The position numbers were made by a program, and so were the translations under genes. The notes beneath the pieces were generated by a model that was not told the origin of the DNA, did not search any database, and worked only from the letters and a program-made list of their open reading frames with translations. A stretch of 64,000 nucleotides of DNA from an uncultured Gammaproteobacteria bacterium (lineage in GTDB: Bacteria; Patescibacteriota; Patescibacteriia; VMEV01; CAYQCH01), in NCBI GenBank assembly GCA_964352335.1, contig CAYGRO010000001.1, positions 31,830-95,829 on the forward strand. The letters are read 5' to 3'. Below, one piece after another: positions 37,949 through 47,616 of this stretch (within the stretch, counting starts at the first letter, position 1; every line of letters starts with the position of its first letter).

Positions 37949-37975
37949 TCCCTGCCTGTCGAAAGGCAGTCTCCC
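37949..37975. repeat. GC-rich hairpin repeat CCTGCCT-gtcgaa-AGGCAG
   Basis: Member of the CCTGCC palindrome family. Confidence 0.45.
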
Positions 37976-38037
37976 TCATTTGCACCATACGGACACGCCC
38001 CCCCCCCTTTTTTCCAAACACAGTGACAGTGGGGGCA

Positions 38038-38066
38038 TAAAAAAACGCCTATGAAGGCGTTTTTTC
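38038..38066. terminator. Terminator AAAAAACGCCTATGAAGGCGTTTTTTC
   Basis: Perfect hairpin with flanking A- and T-runs. Confidence 0.7.
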
Positions 38067-38204
38067 TATTTGATTTATTTGCACTGGAGTAAATTGTACT
38101 GGCTCTATTGTAGAACGTATATACCAATAGGTAACTCCTATTCCAATAATGATGGCTGCAATAATAAACTTAAAAAAAGTAGACATAATGAATATTTCTC
38201 AATG

Positions 38205-41200
38205 TTATCTAATTGTAATAATCTCATTTTCACCAATATACTTGATAGAAGGATCATCAAGTTTTATCAAACTCAACCCCTCAACAAGATACTCCCCAGC
38301 AGTTGCCACAGTACGTGCCCTATATCGAATAAGAATACGTGGACATTCTTTATTTAGAACAAGAAAAGCTTTTGCTTTATGCGCAGATGTATCATAAGCC
38401 GACTGTTCACATCGAGAATATTCCGTCCCCCAATTCATTCCACGAGTAATCGCTTGTAAACCACTCGGTAATAGATCCGTTAAGGCATAATTTCCATAGG
38501 CAGTAGAAGCATTAGTGCGCACCTCAATTTCTATATCAATTTCTTTATTCGGATTAATGACAGTTGTAGGTCCAGCACCTTGTTCATAAATACGGCTCAC
38601 CGTTACTCCCTCAATACTTTGTGGAGTTTGTCCTGCTACATCATATTGATAAAGAGCTTGTACATTTCCTCTAACAGATTCTAAAGAAAGTGTTTGCAAT
38701 TGTTCTTTTGTGAGATTAAGACCAAAGCTTTCAAAACCTTTTAATGTAACAAATTGTTCTTCTACGCCTGCAATCACTACAAAAGACATTTCAGAAATCG
38801 GCTGTCGCTCTAAACGCAATTCCCAGAATCGGGTATATGAAATAGGGTCAACAATACTTTCTTGCGCATTAAGATATGCATCAAACTCTTTCCAAGAAGA
38901 ATCTCCAACGGTAAATGCAATCAATCGAGTTAACTCTGTATACCACTGGATTTGAGTTGTACTATCAATTCCTTCCGCTTGAAAATAACGTTGTCCATTT
39001 TCTACTGCAGTATTCACCAAGATATCATCAAGAATTAATCGTGCTTGATTATAATCTCCATAGAGAATAAAGGCATCCGCCAATAAAACTCTGTCTTCTA
39101 ATTGAATATTTTCATTAGCTATAAATGCTTTTAATTCTGCATAATATGGCTTTTGCATACCAGCCAAACCACGCAATGCAAGCGAAATTTCATTTGGAGT
39201 TGAATCATCAGACAAGAGAGATTCAAAATAAGCTTGTAAGTCTTGTGTCTGAGCTTTATCACCTAATAATGTCGCAATAGAAGAACTTAATGTACTATCA
39301 CCACTTCCAAATGGAAATCGAGCATAACCACCATCTGGGTGTTTGTACTCAGAACCAATAATATCCTCTCCACCAAAAGCTGGAAGATCAAAATATTGTT
39401 GCTTCAATTCAGTAATTTTTTGTTGAGCGACGATATAATCTAATTTACTTGCACAAGAACATAATCGAGATAAAGCTGTATAGGCATTTGCACCTAAAGG
39501 CGATGCAAATCTTACCGAAACACGCCCCTCAGCTTCTTCTGGAACAATAGCTTGCCAATTTTCTTCTATAGTAACAACCTCTTGCTTTTGAGTTAAACTT
39601 CTTCCTGGCAATACAGAAAATGTTTTGATAATGATGTCTTCATATTCCCCACTTAGTGCACGTATTGCATAAACATATTTCCCTACACCAGTTGTTTCGA
39701 TCGGAAAATCAACAATAGCAATAGACTCTGCTTTTTCTTGCTTCGTAGAAATCGGAAAATCACCCAAACTATAGTGTTTCCCCTCTTCTGCCAATAATGG
39801 ACCATAAAGAGAATAAGTAACTTCTGACTTGGCAGAAAGCTGGTCAGAATAATTTCGTGCTGACACAATGATATCGTCTCCGAGAATATAAGAATCACTT
39901 TGAATGGCTTGCACAACAAATGATTGTGCAACCGTAATTTCCTTTTTCCCTAACCCACCTTGATACTGATTTGTACCAGTCGTCGCAACAATCACCCAAG
40001 TAGTAATATTATCAGGCAACTCAAACTCAACGACTCCTTTTCCATTTTTATCTGTTTGTACAAATTGATAGGTCGCTTGTTCCAAGAAATTTACTCGTTC
40101 ATCTCCTCCTCCGCCCCCCATGCCATCTGGACCCAATGTAGAATTATGTGTTGCGGTATTAACAAGAATTCTTTCGTATTGCCGACTGAATAAATCATTC
40201 AATGGATTTTGACTCCCCGCAAAAACATCTAAATCTAAGTAAGCTTTATCTAAAACATTTACATTCACCAAAGTTTCTACAGGATTCCCGTTCGTATCAG
40301 TAATAGTAATTTCTGACTTCACTTTGTCTCGAATAGCATAATCATTTTTATCTGTATCTACAGAAATAGTTAATTCATAGGGATCAGAACTAAGGTTAAG
40401 CTCTAGTAATCGATAATGTGTAAAATAGATTTTCCCTTCATAAACTGTCGCAGCGCCAATATGAACATTTGGTAAGTACTCTTCAGTAAGTTCAATGTCT
40501 TGACGGCTTGTCATTGAAACAAAATAGTTACTAAGATTTGGTGAAAGCGTAAAAAATAGTGTCGCAGCATCATTTGGTAACGTACTCATATTTGCTTCCC
40601 CTAAAATAGCCTTCACACCAATTGAATCACCAACTTGATAAGCTTGAACATCCTCATTTTCTAAATCCACCCAAAATTCTTGTTCAAAAAATGAGCTCGT
40701 TCCATTTTGACGAATAAATGGTTCGTCTGTTTCATTTTCTACATAGACTTTTCCAAATGGCAATGAATAATCAGTAAGATAGGTATAATCTAAATCATAC
40801 CGACCTAAAGAATCCAAAGCTTTCACAATAATTTTATAATTTGTATTTTCTTGTTTGGTAAATGAGAAATTCACTTCCCCTAATTCATTCGTTAAACCAG
40901 TTTGGTTTTCAACTGTCGTTTCATTGGTAGAAAAATCATAATAAAAATCTGTTTCATTTGTGAGTGGATTAAGCTCAGAAAATAAAGGAGACTTAGATGA
41001 TGTAATAGCAATAACGCTCGCTTCAAATGGAACACCTTGAGCGATATGCATTTTTTTATCTCCATCGCTTGGATATTGTTCATCATTTGTTAAATATTCA
41101 ACCCCCTTAACTTTAGCTGAGACCTCTACCTGTTGATTCTTCTCATTCGTTTCTATTTTAATATCAGTATAATCTTGAGTTACTGTCCAATAAGCATTTC

Positions 41201-43469
41201 CAACAACTTCCGTTTCATAACTACCAATTGGAATAACTCTAAGCAATGCTAAATTACTAGAATTACAACCATACTCTCCGCATGAATCAATACGAGAAGG
41301 AACCGTTACTTGTGCCTCTCCTAATTCATTTGTAGAAACAACCCCAGTATAATCACCAGAAATTTGTAAATCAATAAATCGGGCTGGTGTTCCATCAAAT
41401 CGAGCTGTTGAAATAGTTACGAGATTACTTTCCCCTGCTTCTATTCTTTGATATTGAGGATTTACAATAAGAGAAAGTTCAGGTGTAGCAAATACTGTTA
41501 CCTCAAATGATTGTTCTTTAAAGTAATGCTCACCATCATAAATGGTAAAAGAATAATAGCCATCACGTAAATCCTGTAATTGCATCGAACCTGTAAAAAA
41601 CCCTTGATCATTAACTGAGACAATTTCTTCTTGTACTTTCACATTACTATATGATCCATATTGGGCATTCCATAAGGTAACTTCAGCTCGAACCTCGTTT
41701 AATGATCCACCTTCACGATCGATAAGCCCCCAATATCGAATGGTGTCATCTGGGTGAACTAAATATTGATCAAGGTGAAAAAAACCAGTGTATTCGGGTT
41801 GTTGATCTTTTGGATCATTCCAAATTCTCACAGGATGTATTGTTGTCTGCTCACCTTGCACAAGCTTAAATGCTTCTTGTTGATTTAATTGAGCAATTTG
41901 AATCGCAGAAACAGTCACAATTCCTTCTTGATTACTAGTTCCAAGTAATTGACCACGAGAATAAACACTTACTCCTTCAAGTGGTTGATTTGATTCAGTA
42001 TCAACAGTCCAAACTAAACCTGATGTTTCTGATAAAAGAATATAAGCTCCAACAGAAGAAACAGACCAATACAATAAATCCACTTGCCCCGCAATAGAAG
42101 CCTCTACTAAATAAACTCCTTCAGTTTGTAAAGCATTTAATGCAAATAAATTTCTTGAATATTCTTCTTCTCCATTTATAGAATATTCTGCAATTGGATT
42201 CGTTAATCCAAATTCTTGTAGCAATTGCTTTGAGGCTTGTGTTTTGATTTGTGTTGGAATCCAATTATCTAATCGAGAGGTTTTTGCAATAACTTGATCT
42301 ACAACCGTCGCATCTAAACGATGCACTTTTACATTAAGCGGTGCATCTTGTGGCAATCTATAACCATAACCAGAAACTTGGACAGATTCCCCTGGCTTAC
42401 TTTGTAAAACTTCAGATGTATAACTGAAACTAGAACCCACTAATGACGCTGACTCACCAGTTGTAAACGAAAATTGATAATCTGAATTTAATTGCCATTC
42501 AGATTGATTTGCAGATGCAGGAATAAATGAAGGCTGAACCCCAAATCCATTTTTAAGTGTGATTGTATATAAAACGTCTTTTTCCCATGGAGTTTCTGGT
42601 ATAAGTTTAATCGTTCTAAAATCTTGTTCGATTCTTACTGAATGATTTGGTTGGATCTCTAAATAAGAAGAAATATCTTGCGTCTTGGTATGACTTACTA
42701 TAATTTCTACTGCATTATTTACAGGAACCCCTACACTTCTATCTGCTGGTGCTGTAGATTGAATCTTAAAATGATCCGCAACTTCAAATACCCAATGATA
42801 GGTAAAAGGTTCTAACCCCTCTTCTCCATCGATAACGGTTGCCGCAGAAACTTGTACAATTTCTCCTTGTCTTAAAGTCTCTACAGGATCGATAGTATAT
42901 TCATAACCACGCTTTATTGTTTTTATTGTAAAAGCAGAATCATTTGAAAAACGTAGATACTTTTCTAAGTCGTTTTTAGAAATTTTTGACTGACTTGTAA
43001 GAAGAAAATCTGTCTCTTCAGATATAACTCCAAAATTATCTACTACTTCTGGGGTAATTGTAAAATTATCATGAGCATAAACAGCTGGTATTAAAATCCC
43101 ACCACTTTCTCCAGGTTTAATGATATTAATAAGCCCACTTTGTTGAAAAAGAGAAAAAGCAACCACTGCAGCAACGGCAACAAGAGCAACTCCAGAACCT
43201 GCTAATGTTTTAATATGTAAAGCTCGCCAAATTGTTTTTTTCGTTTTTTGTCGCTTTGTTTCTTTTTGATGAAGCAAAGCTAAAACTTTCTTTTCTAAAT
43301 TTTCTTTAAATTCCATGCGATAAGGTTTATTTTCGTGACGAGCAGAAATCAATAATTTAGCTGTATCAACAATTGCTTGTTCATCACTATCTAATTCAGC
43401 ACGATCTTCCGCGGAAATATTTCCACGTTTTAAGAGGGTGTCGACAATTTGTTGAAATCTTTTTTTCAT
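38205..43469 (-). CDS. Giant (1754 aa) single-pass membrane-anchored extracellular protein: short cytoplasmic N-terminus, one transmembrane segment, very large beta-rich ectodomain
   Basis: A TGA-free ORF of 5.3 kb. N-terminal ~75 aa charged segment, then a transmembrane helix (LAGSGVALVAVAAVVAFSLF). It lies 14 nt downstream of an ECF sigma factor gene. Confidence 0.7.
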   Translation of the reverse strand: MKKRFQQIVDTLLKRGNISAEDRAELDSDEQAIVDTAKLLISARHENKPYRMEFKENLEKKVLALLHQKETKRQKTKKTIWRALHIKTLAGSGVALVAVAAVVAFSLFQQSGLINIIKPGESGGILIPAVYAHDNFTITPEVVDNFGVISEETDFLLTSQSKISKNDLEKYLRFSNDSAFTIKTIKRGYEYTIDPVETLRQGEIVQVSAATVIDGEEGLEPFTYHWVFEVADHFKIQSTAPADRSVGVPVNNAVEIIVSHTKTQDISSYLEIQPNHSVRIEQDFRTIKLIPETPWEKDVLYTITLKNGFGVQPSFIPASANQSEWQLNSDYQFSFTTGESASLVGSSFSYTSEVLQSKPGESVQVSGYGYRLPQDAPLNVKVHRLDATVVDQVIAKTSRLDNWIPTQIKTQASKQLLQEFGLTNPIAEYSINGEEEYSRNLFALNALQTEGVYLVEASIAGQVDLLYWSVSSVGAYILLSETSGLVWTVDTESNQPLEGVSVYSRGQLLGTSNQEGIVTVSAIQIAQLNQQEAFKLVQGEQTTIHPVRIWNDPKDQQPEYTGFFHLDQYLVHPDDTIRYWGLIDREGGSLNEVRAEVTLWNAQYGSYSNVKVQEEIVSVNDQGFFTGSMQLQDLRDGYYSFTIYDGEHYFKEQSFEVTVFATPELSLIVNPQYQRIEAGESNLVTISTARFDGTPARFIDLQISGDYTGVVSTNELGEAQVTVPSRIDSCGEYGCNSSNLALLRVIPIGSYETEVVGNAYWTVTQDYTDIKIETNEKNQQVEVSAKVKGVEYLTNDEQYPSDGDKKMHIAQGVPFEASVIAITSSKSPLFSELNPLTNETDFYYDFSTNETTVENQTGLTNELGEVNFSFTKQENTNYKIIVKALDSLGRYDLDYTYLTDYSLPFGKVYVENETDEPFIRQNGTSSFFEQEFWVDLENEDVQAYQVGDSIGVKAILGEANMSTLPNDAATLFFTLSPNLSNYFVSMTSRQDIELTEEYLPNVHIGAATVYEGKIYFTHYRLLELNLSSDPYELTISVDTDKNDYAIRDKVKSEITITDTNGNPVETLVNVNVLDKAYLDLDVFAGSQNPLNDLFSRQYERILVNTATHNSTLGPDGMGGGGGDERVNFLEQATYQFVQTDKNGKGVVEFELPDNITTWVIVATTGTNQYQGGLGKKEITVAQSFVVQAIQSDSYILGDDIIVSARNYSDQLSAKSEVTYSLYGPLLAEEGKHYSLGDFPISTKQEKAESIAIVDFPIETTGVGKYVYAIRALSGEYEDIIIKTFSVLPGRSLTQKQEVVTIEENWQAIVPEEAEGRVSVRFASPLGANAYTALSRLCSCASKLDYIVAQQKITELKQQYFDLPAFGGEDIIGSEYKHPDGGYARFPFGSGDSTLSSSIATLLGDKAQTQDLQAYFESLLSDDSTPNEISLALRGLAGMQKPYYAELKAFIANENIQLEDRVLLADAFILYGDYNQARLILDDILVNTAVENGQRYFQAEGIDSTTQIQWYTELTRLIAFTVGDSSWKEFDAYLNAQESIVDPISYTRFWELRLERQPISEMSFVVIAGVEEQFVTLKGFESFGLNLTKEQLQTLSLESVRGNVQALYQYDVAGQTPQSIEGVTVSRIYEQGAGPTTVINPNKEIDIEIEVRTNASTAYGNYALTDLLPSGLQAITRGMNWGTEYSRCEQSAYDTSAHKAKAFLVLNKECPRILIRYRARTVATAGEYLVEGLSLIKLDDPSIKYIGENEIITIR

Positions 43470-43483
43470 AGAATTCCTGTGTC

Positions 43484-44068
43484 TTATTGATTCATTGTTT
43501 CTGTAAGCTTTTGTAATTTTTTCACGGCTCTATAAATTCGGACAGAGACAACATTTGGACTAAGCTCTACAACGGCAGCAATTTCTTTTACCCCTAATTC
43601 TGCCAAAAACCGAAGCTCTACCATTTGTTGATCTTTTTTAGATAATTTCCCTACGAGCGTTAATACCTGTTCTTTGGTTTCTTTTGTCATCACTTCTTCT
43701 AAAGCTGATTTAGATTCATCCATTTTTTCTGGTAATGATTCTGAGGCAAACTCCTTATTTCTACTGGCTTTACGGTAGTAATCTGTAAGTGTATTGGCTG
43801 CAATTCGGAAAAGCCAAGCACCAAAAGGCGCTGAGGTAATAACAAATTTTGGTAATTTATTAAATGCTTTTAGAAATACTTGAGAAGTTAAATCCTCTGT
43901 CGTTTGTTCATGCCCCGTTCGACGCATGAGATAAGAATAGATTTTTGGAAAATAGTGATTGTATAATTGAGTAAAAGCTTGAGAGTCACCATTTTTGGCG
44001 GCCTTTACTAATTCCTTTTCATTCTCCAATGCAAAATCTTCCTCTTTTTGTAAGCTGAAGAAGATCAT
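43484..44068 (-). CDS. ECF-type RNA polymerase sigma-70 factor
   Basis: Region 2 (…FTQLYNHYFPKIYSYLMRRTG…) and region 4 HTH (…EIAAVVELSPNVVSVRIYRAVKKLQ). Confidence 0.75.
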   Translation of the reverse strand: MIFFSLQKEEDFALENEKELVKAAKNGDSQAFTQLYNHYFPKIYSYLMRRTGHEQTTEDLTSQVFLKAFNKLPKFVITSAPFGAWLFRIAANTLTDYYRKASRNKEFASESLPEKMDESKSALEEVMTKETKEQVLTLVGKLSKKDQQMVELRFLAELGVKEIAAVVELSPNVVSVRIYRAVKKLQKLTETMNQ

Positions 44069-44287
44069 TCCTTTCTCTAATAAATGCTGTGATAAAGAGA
44101 GAATGGCTGAGTGAACGAATGAGGCAAGAATAAAGGTCATTTCCATTTTTTAATCTTTTCTGACTATGACAACGTATGTATTTTTCTTTTATTACAATTA
44201 TGTATAGAATAGCGTTTTTTTCCTTATTTGGATACTCAACTAAGCAGAATATGATACTATAGTACAATAATACTTGAATAGAATTTT

Positions 44288-44539
44288 ATGCGCTTTCTTA
44301 TTGGATTTTTGGCCATGGCAGTTGGCTTTATTATCACATGGAAATCTGAATGGCTTTTTAGAAATTTTGGAACAATTCCCTTTTTTGATAAATATTTAAA
44401 AACATCTGGAGGAGGACGACTTGGCTATAAGCTTGTTGGGATTTTATTTATTTTTGTAGGAATCTTGGCGATTACAAATTTACATATTCGCTTGCTCACA
44501 CAAATTGCAAGCTTTTTTACCTTTGGACAAGCAGGATAA
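44288..44539 (+). CDS. Small membrane protein, hypothetical
   Basis: 83 aa with two to three predicted transmembrane helices. Confidence 0.45.
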   Translation: MRFLIGFLAMAVGFIITWKSEWLFRNFGTIPFFDKYLKTSGGGRLGYKLVGILFIFVGILAITNLHIRLLTQIASFFTFGQAG

Positions 44540-44558
44540 CTTCTCCTAAAAAAGAACC

Positions 44559-44598
44559 AAGGCCGAGTCGCAGAAGAGCAACTCGGCCTTTTTGTTTG
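44559..44598 (+). terminator. Terminator AAGGCCGAGT…ACTCGGCCTTTTTGTTTG
   Basis: A 10-bp stem followed by a T-run. Confidence 0.7.
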
Positions 44599-44618
44599 AA
44601 GCTGTTGGAGGCAATCGC

Positions 44619-44981
44619 CTAGCCAGCCTTTTCCAGAACCTCCATGGTCGTTTGGAACCGTTCTTGGAGAGGACGCTCTTCCATGTCGTTGCTGACCAAG
44701 ATCACGGCGATCTTGATCAACTCACTGATGTCGCCCAACTCGTGTTGGTGCTCAGGATTGACCCACTCGAACGTGATTCCAAGATCCTGCGCGAGATAGA
44801 ACTGCTCGCGTATGTCCAATTTGAGCGGGTTCTTGATATACCCTACGTGCACCATGCAAGCAAGTCGGCCAAATGCCTTTCGCTCAATGTCTTTTTCGAA
44901 GACACGCTTGTATCTACCAGTCTCTGCCATTTTCAATCCCTTTCTGGGGTAATAGGAAACGGAGATGTCAACGAGTGACAC
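44619..44981 (-). CDS. Hypothetical protein, high-GC patch
   Basis: A 120-aa ORF with GC well above flanking DNA. Confidence 0.4.
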   Translation of the reverse strand: MSLVDISVSYYPRKGLKMAETGRYKRVFEKDIERKAFGRLACMVHVGYIKNPLKLDIREQFYLAQDLGITFEWVNPEHQHELGDISELIKIAVILVSNDMEERPLQERFQTTMEVLEKAG

Positions 44982-45113
44982 CTCCGCATAATTTGGTACT
45001 CTGACCGATTTCAGCGCTTTGCGCAGTCGATACAGAGTTTCCCTTGCCAGGACAAGCTTGGGGATGTGAGGAGTATAGCTGAAGAGAGAGAAAAGTCAAT
45101 TTAAAAAAAACAA

Positions 45114-45217
45114 AAATAAAACCCCACAAAATGCGGGGACTTATTTTCCTAAATACTTGGTGGACCTGAGGCCTCGAGGCCCCACCTCCTCGCCCCTCGA
45201 GGGGGAGGCGCTCTACC
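45114..45217 (-). repeat. Pseudo-tRNA-Ala 3' fragment plus terminator hairpin, repeat unit 1 (degenerate)
   Basis: tggtggacc…cctcctcg-CCCCTCGAGGGG-aggcgctctac plus the hairpin AAAACCCCACAAAATGCGGGGAC. Confidence 0.65.
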
Positions 45218-45219
45218 TG

Positions 45220-45489
45220 TCAATAATAGATATGATCTGTATCATTTTCTTTAATCCATTCTATTTTCGTTTTAAATCCTTTGGATGATTTTATAAATTT
45301 TTCATAATTCATTGCTTCTGTTTTTGAATCAAACATTTTATAACTAATCAACTTCAATGGCCTTCTGCCTTTAGTAGATTTCGTTAAACCTTCATTATGA
45401 GCATATACTCTGTTTTTAATATCCGTCGTATAACCAATATAGTACCTATTGTCCTTAAGTGATTTTAAAATGTATACGTAATGAATCAT
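45220..45489 (-). CDS. Small GIY-YIG nuclease-domain protein
   Basis: YVYILKS…YIGYTTD…R…HN matches the GIY-YIG core. 89 aa. Confidence 0.7.
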   Translation of the reverse strand: MIHYVYILKSLKDNRYYIGYTTDIKNRVYAHNEGLTKSTKGRRPLKLISYKMFDSKTEAMNYEKFIKSSKGFKTKIEWIKENDTDHIYY

Positions 45490-45504
45490 AGATTATGTCA
45501 AAAA

Positions 45505-45605
45505 TAAAACCCCACAAAATGTGGGGACTTATTCCTAAATACTTGGTGGACCCGACAAGACTCGAACTTGCCACCTCCTCGCCCCTCGAGGGGGAGGCGC
45601 TCTAC
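45505..45605 (-). repeat. Pseudo-tRNA-Ala 3' fragment plus terminator hairpin, repeat unit 2
   Basis: Retains the T-arm and acceptor identical to tRNA-Ala, but the anticodon loop is replaced by the palindrome CCCCTCGAGGGG. Confidence 0.7.
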
Positions 45606-45677
45606 ATATTAATTGATTTTCATTAGAAATTCTTAGAAAACAAAAACCCCATGGCTGGGGCAATGATTATCCACACT

Positions 45678-45753
45678 TGGTGGACCCGACAAGACTCGAA
45701 CTTGCCACCTCCTCGGTGCAAACGAGGCGCTCTACCAGATGAGCTACGGGCCC
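45678..45753 (-). tRNA. tRNA-Ala(UGC)
   Basis: Reverse complement GGGCCCGTAGCTCATCTGGTAGAGCGCCTCGTTTGCACCGAGGAGGTGGCAAGTTCGAGTCTTGTCGGGTCCACCA, with the G3·U70 Ala identity pair. Confidence 0.9.
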
Positions 45754-45884
45754 ACTAAACGTGGATTGGACTATTTTTAAAGTGAACAAAAAACCGCTCT
45801 TGCGATTTGATGAAATACTAGCATAAAGTGTCTTGATTTTGCAAGATTTGCCAGATCCCCTGTTTTTGCTAGACTGCTTATACT

Positions 45885-46463
45885 ATGAAATTACAATCAA
45901 AAATCATTATAGGCTTTGTTATTGTTATTGGGGCACTTGTTATTATCCCCTTGCTATTAACAAACTTCCTTTTAAATAAGCAAAATTTACCACAAGATAC
46001 ACTTGTTGATCCACCTGAGTTTGTCGATATTAATCTTGAAACAAATACGTTTACTCTTGATGAAGGATTTGAAATTGAACAAGTTTTAACTTGGGATTTA
46101 ACAAATCATGAAGCTGATAGATCTGTAGATCGATATCGTTTTGAACGTGCTGGGAACCAAAAAGGTACTTTTACCATTAGTTTTTATGAGGATGGTCAAT
46201 ATAGTTCTTTTGATGAAGTTGTAGCAACTCGATACGGAGATGGATTTATTGAATCAACAGAAGACTTTAAATTAAATAATCTCCCAGCTCGTAGAATTGT
46301 CTCTGCCTTTTTAGACGCAGGAAATAGTTCCGATATCATCGTACAAACGGCAGAGAATACCTTTGTCTCTCTTTACGCTATTCATACCCCAGAAGGTGAA
46401 AGCTCAGCTAAAATTTTGCAAGAAATTAATACTATGCAAATGAGTTTTCAGCCAGTAGATTAA
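45885..46463 (+). CDS. Secreted/membrane-anchored hypothetical protein
   Basis: 192 aa with an N-terminal transmembrane segment. Confidence 0.5.
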   Translation: MKLQSKIIIGFVIVIGALVIIPLLLTNFLLNKQNLPQDTLVDPPEFVDINLETNTFTLDEGFEIEQVLTWDLTNHEADRSVDRYRFERAGNQKGTFTISFYEDGQYSSFDEVVATRYGDGFIESTEDFKLNNLPARRIVSAFLDAGNSSDIIVQTAENTFVSLYAIHTPEGESSAKILQEINTMQMSFQPVD

Positions 46464-46532
46464 GAAAACAAACTCACCTATATATCTCTAAAAATCCTGC
46501 ACTAGTAGCAGGATTTTTTGTTACAAATGAAA

Positions 46533-46600
46533 GAGCCCTCCTGCCTGCGATAAAGCAAAGCGGGAGGGCTCTTATGCGTGAGTCTCGTCGGGAGACGAGT
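46533..46600. repeat. GC-rich hairpin cluster (GAGCCCTCC…GGAGGGCTC; CTCGTC-GGGA-GACGAG)
   Basis: Includes the CCTGCCTGC motif. It lies at the 3' end of the high-GC gene. Confidence 0.5.
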
Positions 46601-46632
46601 TAGATTAGGCTGCTCACGAGCCTAGTGGATGG

Positions 46633-47616
46633 CTAGCCGGCGTAGTTGCCGTTGTTGCCGTCACCGAAGCTCTGACCGTAGATGGTCTTGGGCTCGGTCT
46701 GGAGCATGCCCTTGAGGAAGCGGTCCGTGTCGCCGACGGCCTCGTCGAGGTTGGCGATGATCGAGTCGATCAGGCGGGTCGACTGGTCGGTGTCGACGAG
46801 CTGCTGACGGATCATCATGAGGGCGAAGTACTTGCCACCGATCCGAGAGAAGATCGCGCGGTTGTAGCCGAAGGGCTCGAGCTTGAGCGAACCCTCGACC
46901 AGGCTCTCGCTGATCGCCTGGAACTGGCGGGTCCCGTAGGTCACGGGGGTCCAGGTCAGGTCGCAGCTGGAGAGGTTGTAGTTGGCCGTCACGAAGACCG
47001 GGATGGCCACCTTGGCACCCTGCACGACCAGGAACGTCACGACGTCCTGCTCGATGAAGGTGTTGGGGTCGAAGTCGATCACGCGGGTCGTGCTGCCGAT
47101 GTTGACCTTGTCGTTGTCGACGACCGTGACGTGCTGGAAGCGCACGTTCTTGATCGCCTTGGTGATCGAGCCGCCGTTCAGCAGGTTCAGGAAGGAGATC
47201 AGCGAGTTGTCGAACTGCTCGGTCAAGCCCATCTGGGCAATGACCCAGGCAGGGATGGTGTTGAACACCATCTTGGTCTTGGAAGCGGCGCCGATGGAGC
47301 GCTTGATCTTGAGGACGTTGGCCGGAGTGATCAGGCCGTACTCCTGCAGCTGCTCGAGGAAGACGCGCGGCGTCATGTTGGTGTCGCTGTCGACCTCGAA
47401 GACGTCGTGCAGGATCTCCGCGTTCTGGGTGGAGATCGTGATCTGCGTGGTCACGTTGCCGTTGTTCGGCTTGGAGGTCTTGAGAGGGGTCTCGGTGACC
47501 GCGGTGATCGTGGTGTTCGTGCGATCGCTGACGCGCTTCGCCATGGAGGTGAAGGTGTCGACGATGGCCGCAGTGAAGAGAACGAGAACCGGGTGCGAGA
47601 GGGTGTGAGCGATCAT
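46633..47616 (-). CDS. Hypothetical 327-aa protein with extreme GC (about 60%) and GC3-biased codon usage
   Basis: GGAG-N6-ATG. The high GC coincides exactly with the CDS. A second 327-aa ORF in another frame (46661-47644) is an artefact of GC richness. Confidence 0.55.
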   Translation of the reverse strand: MIAHTLSHPVLVLFTAAIVDTFTSMAKRVSDRTNTTITAVTETPLKTSKPNNGNVTTQITISTQNAEILHDVFEVDSDTNMTPRVFLEQLQEYGLITPANVLKIKRSIGAASKTKMVFNTIPAWVIAQMGLTEQFDNSLISFLNLLNGGSITKAIKNVRFQHVTVVDNDKVNIGSTTRVIDFDPNTFIEQDVVTFLVVQGAKVAIPVFVTANYNLSSCDLTWTPVTYGTRQFQAISESLVEGSLKLEPFGYNRAIFSRIGGKYFALMMIRQQLVDTDQSTRLIDSIIANLDEAVGDTDRFLKGMLQTEPKTIYGQSFGDGNNGNYAG

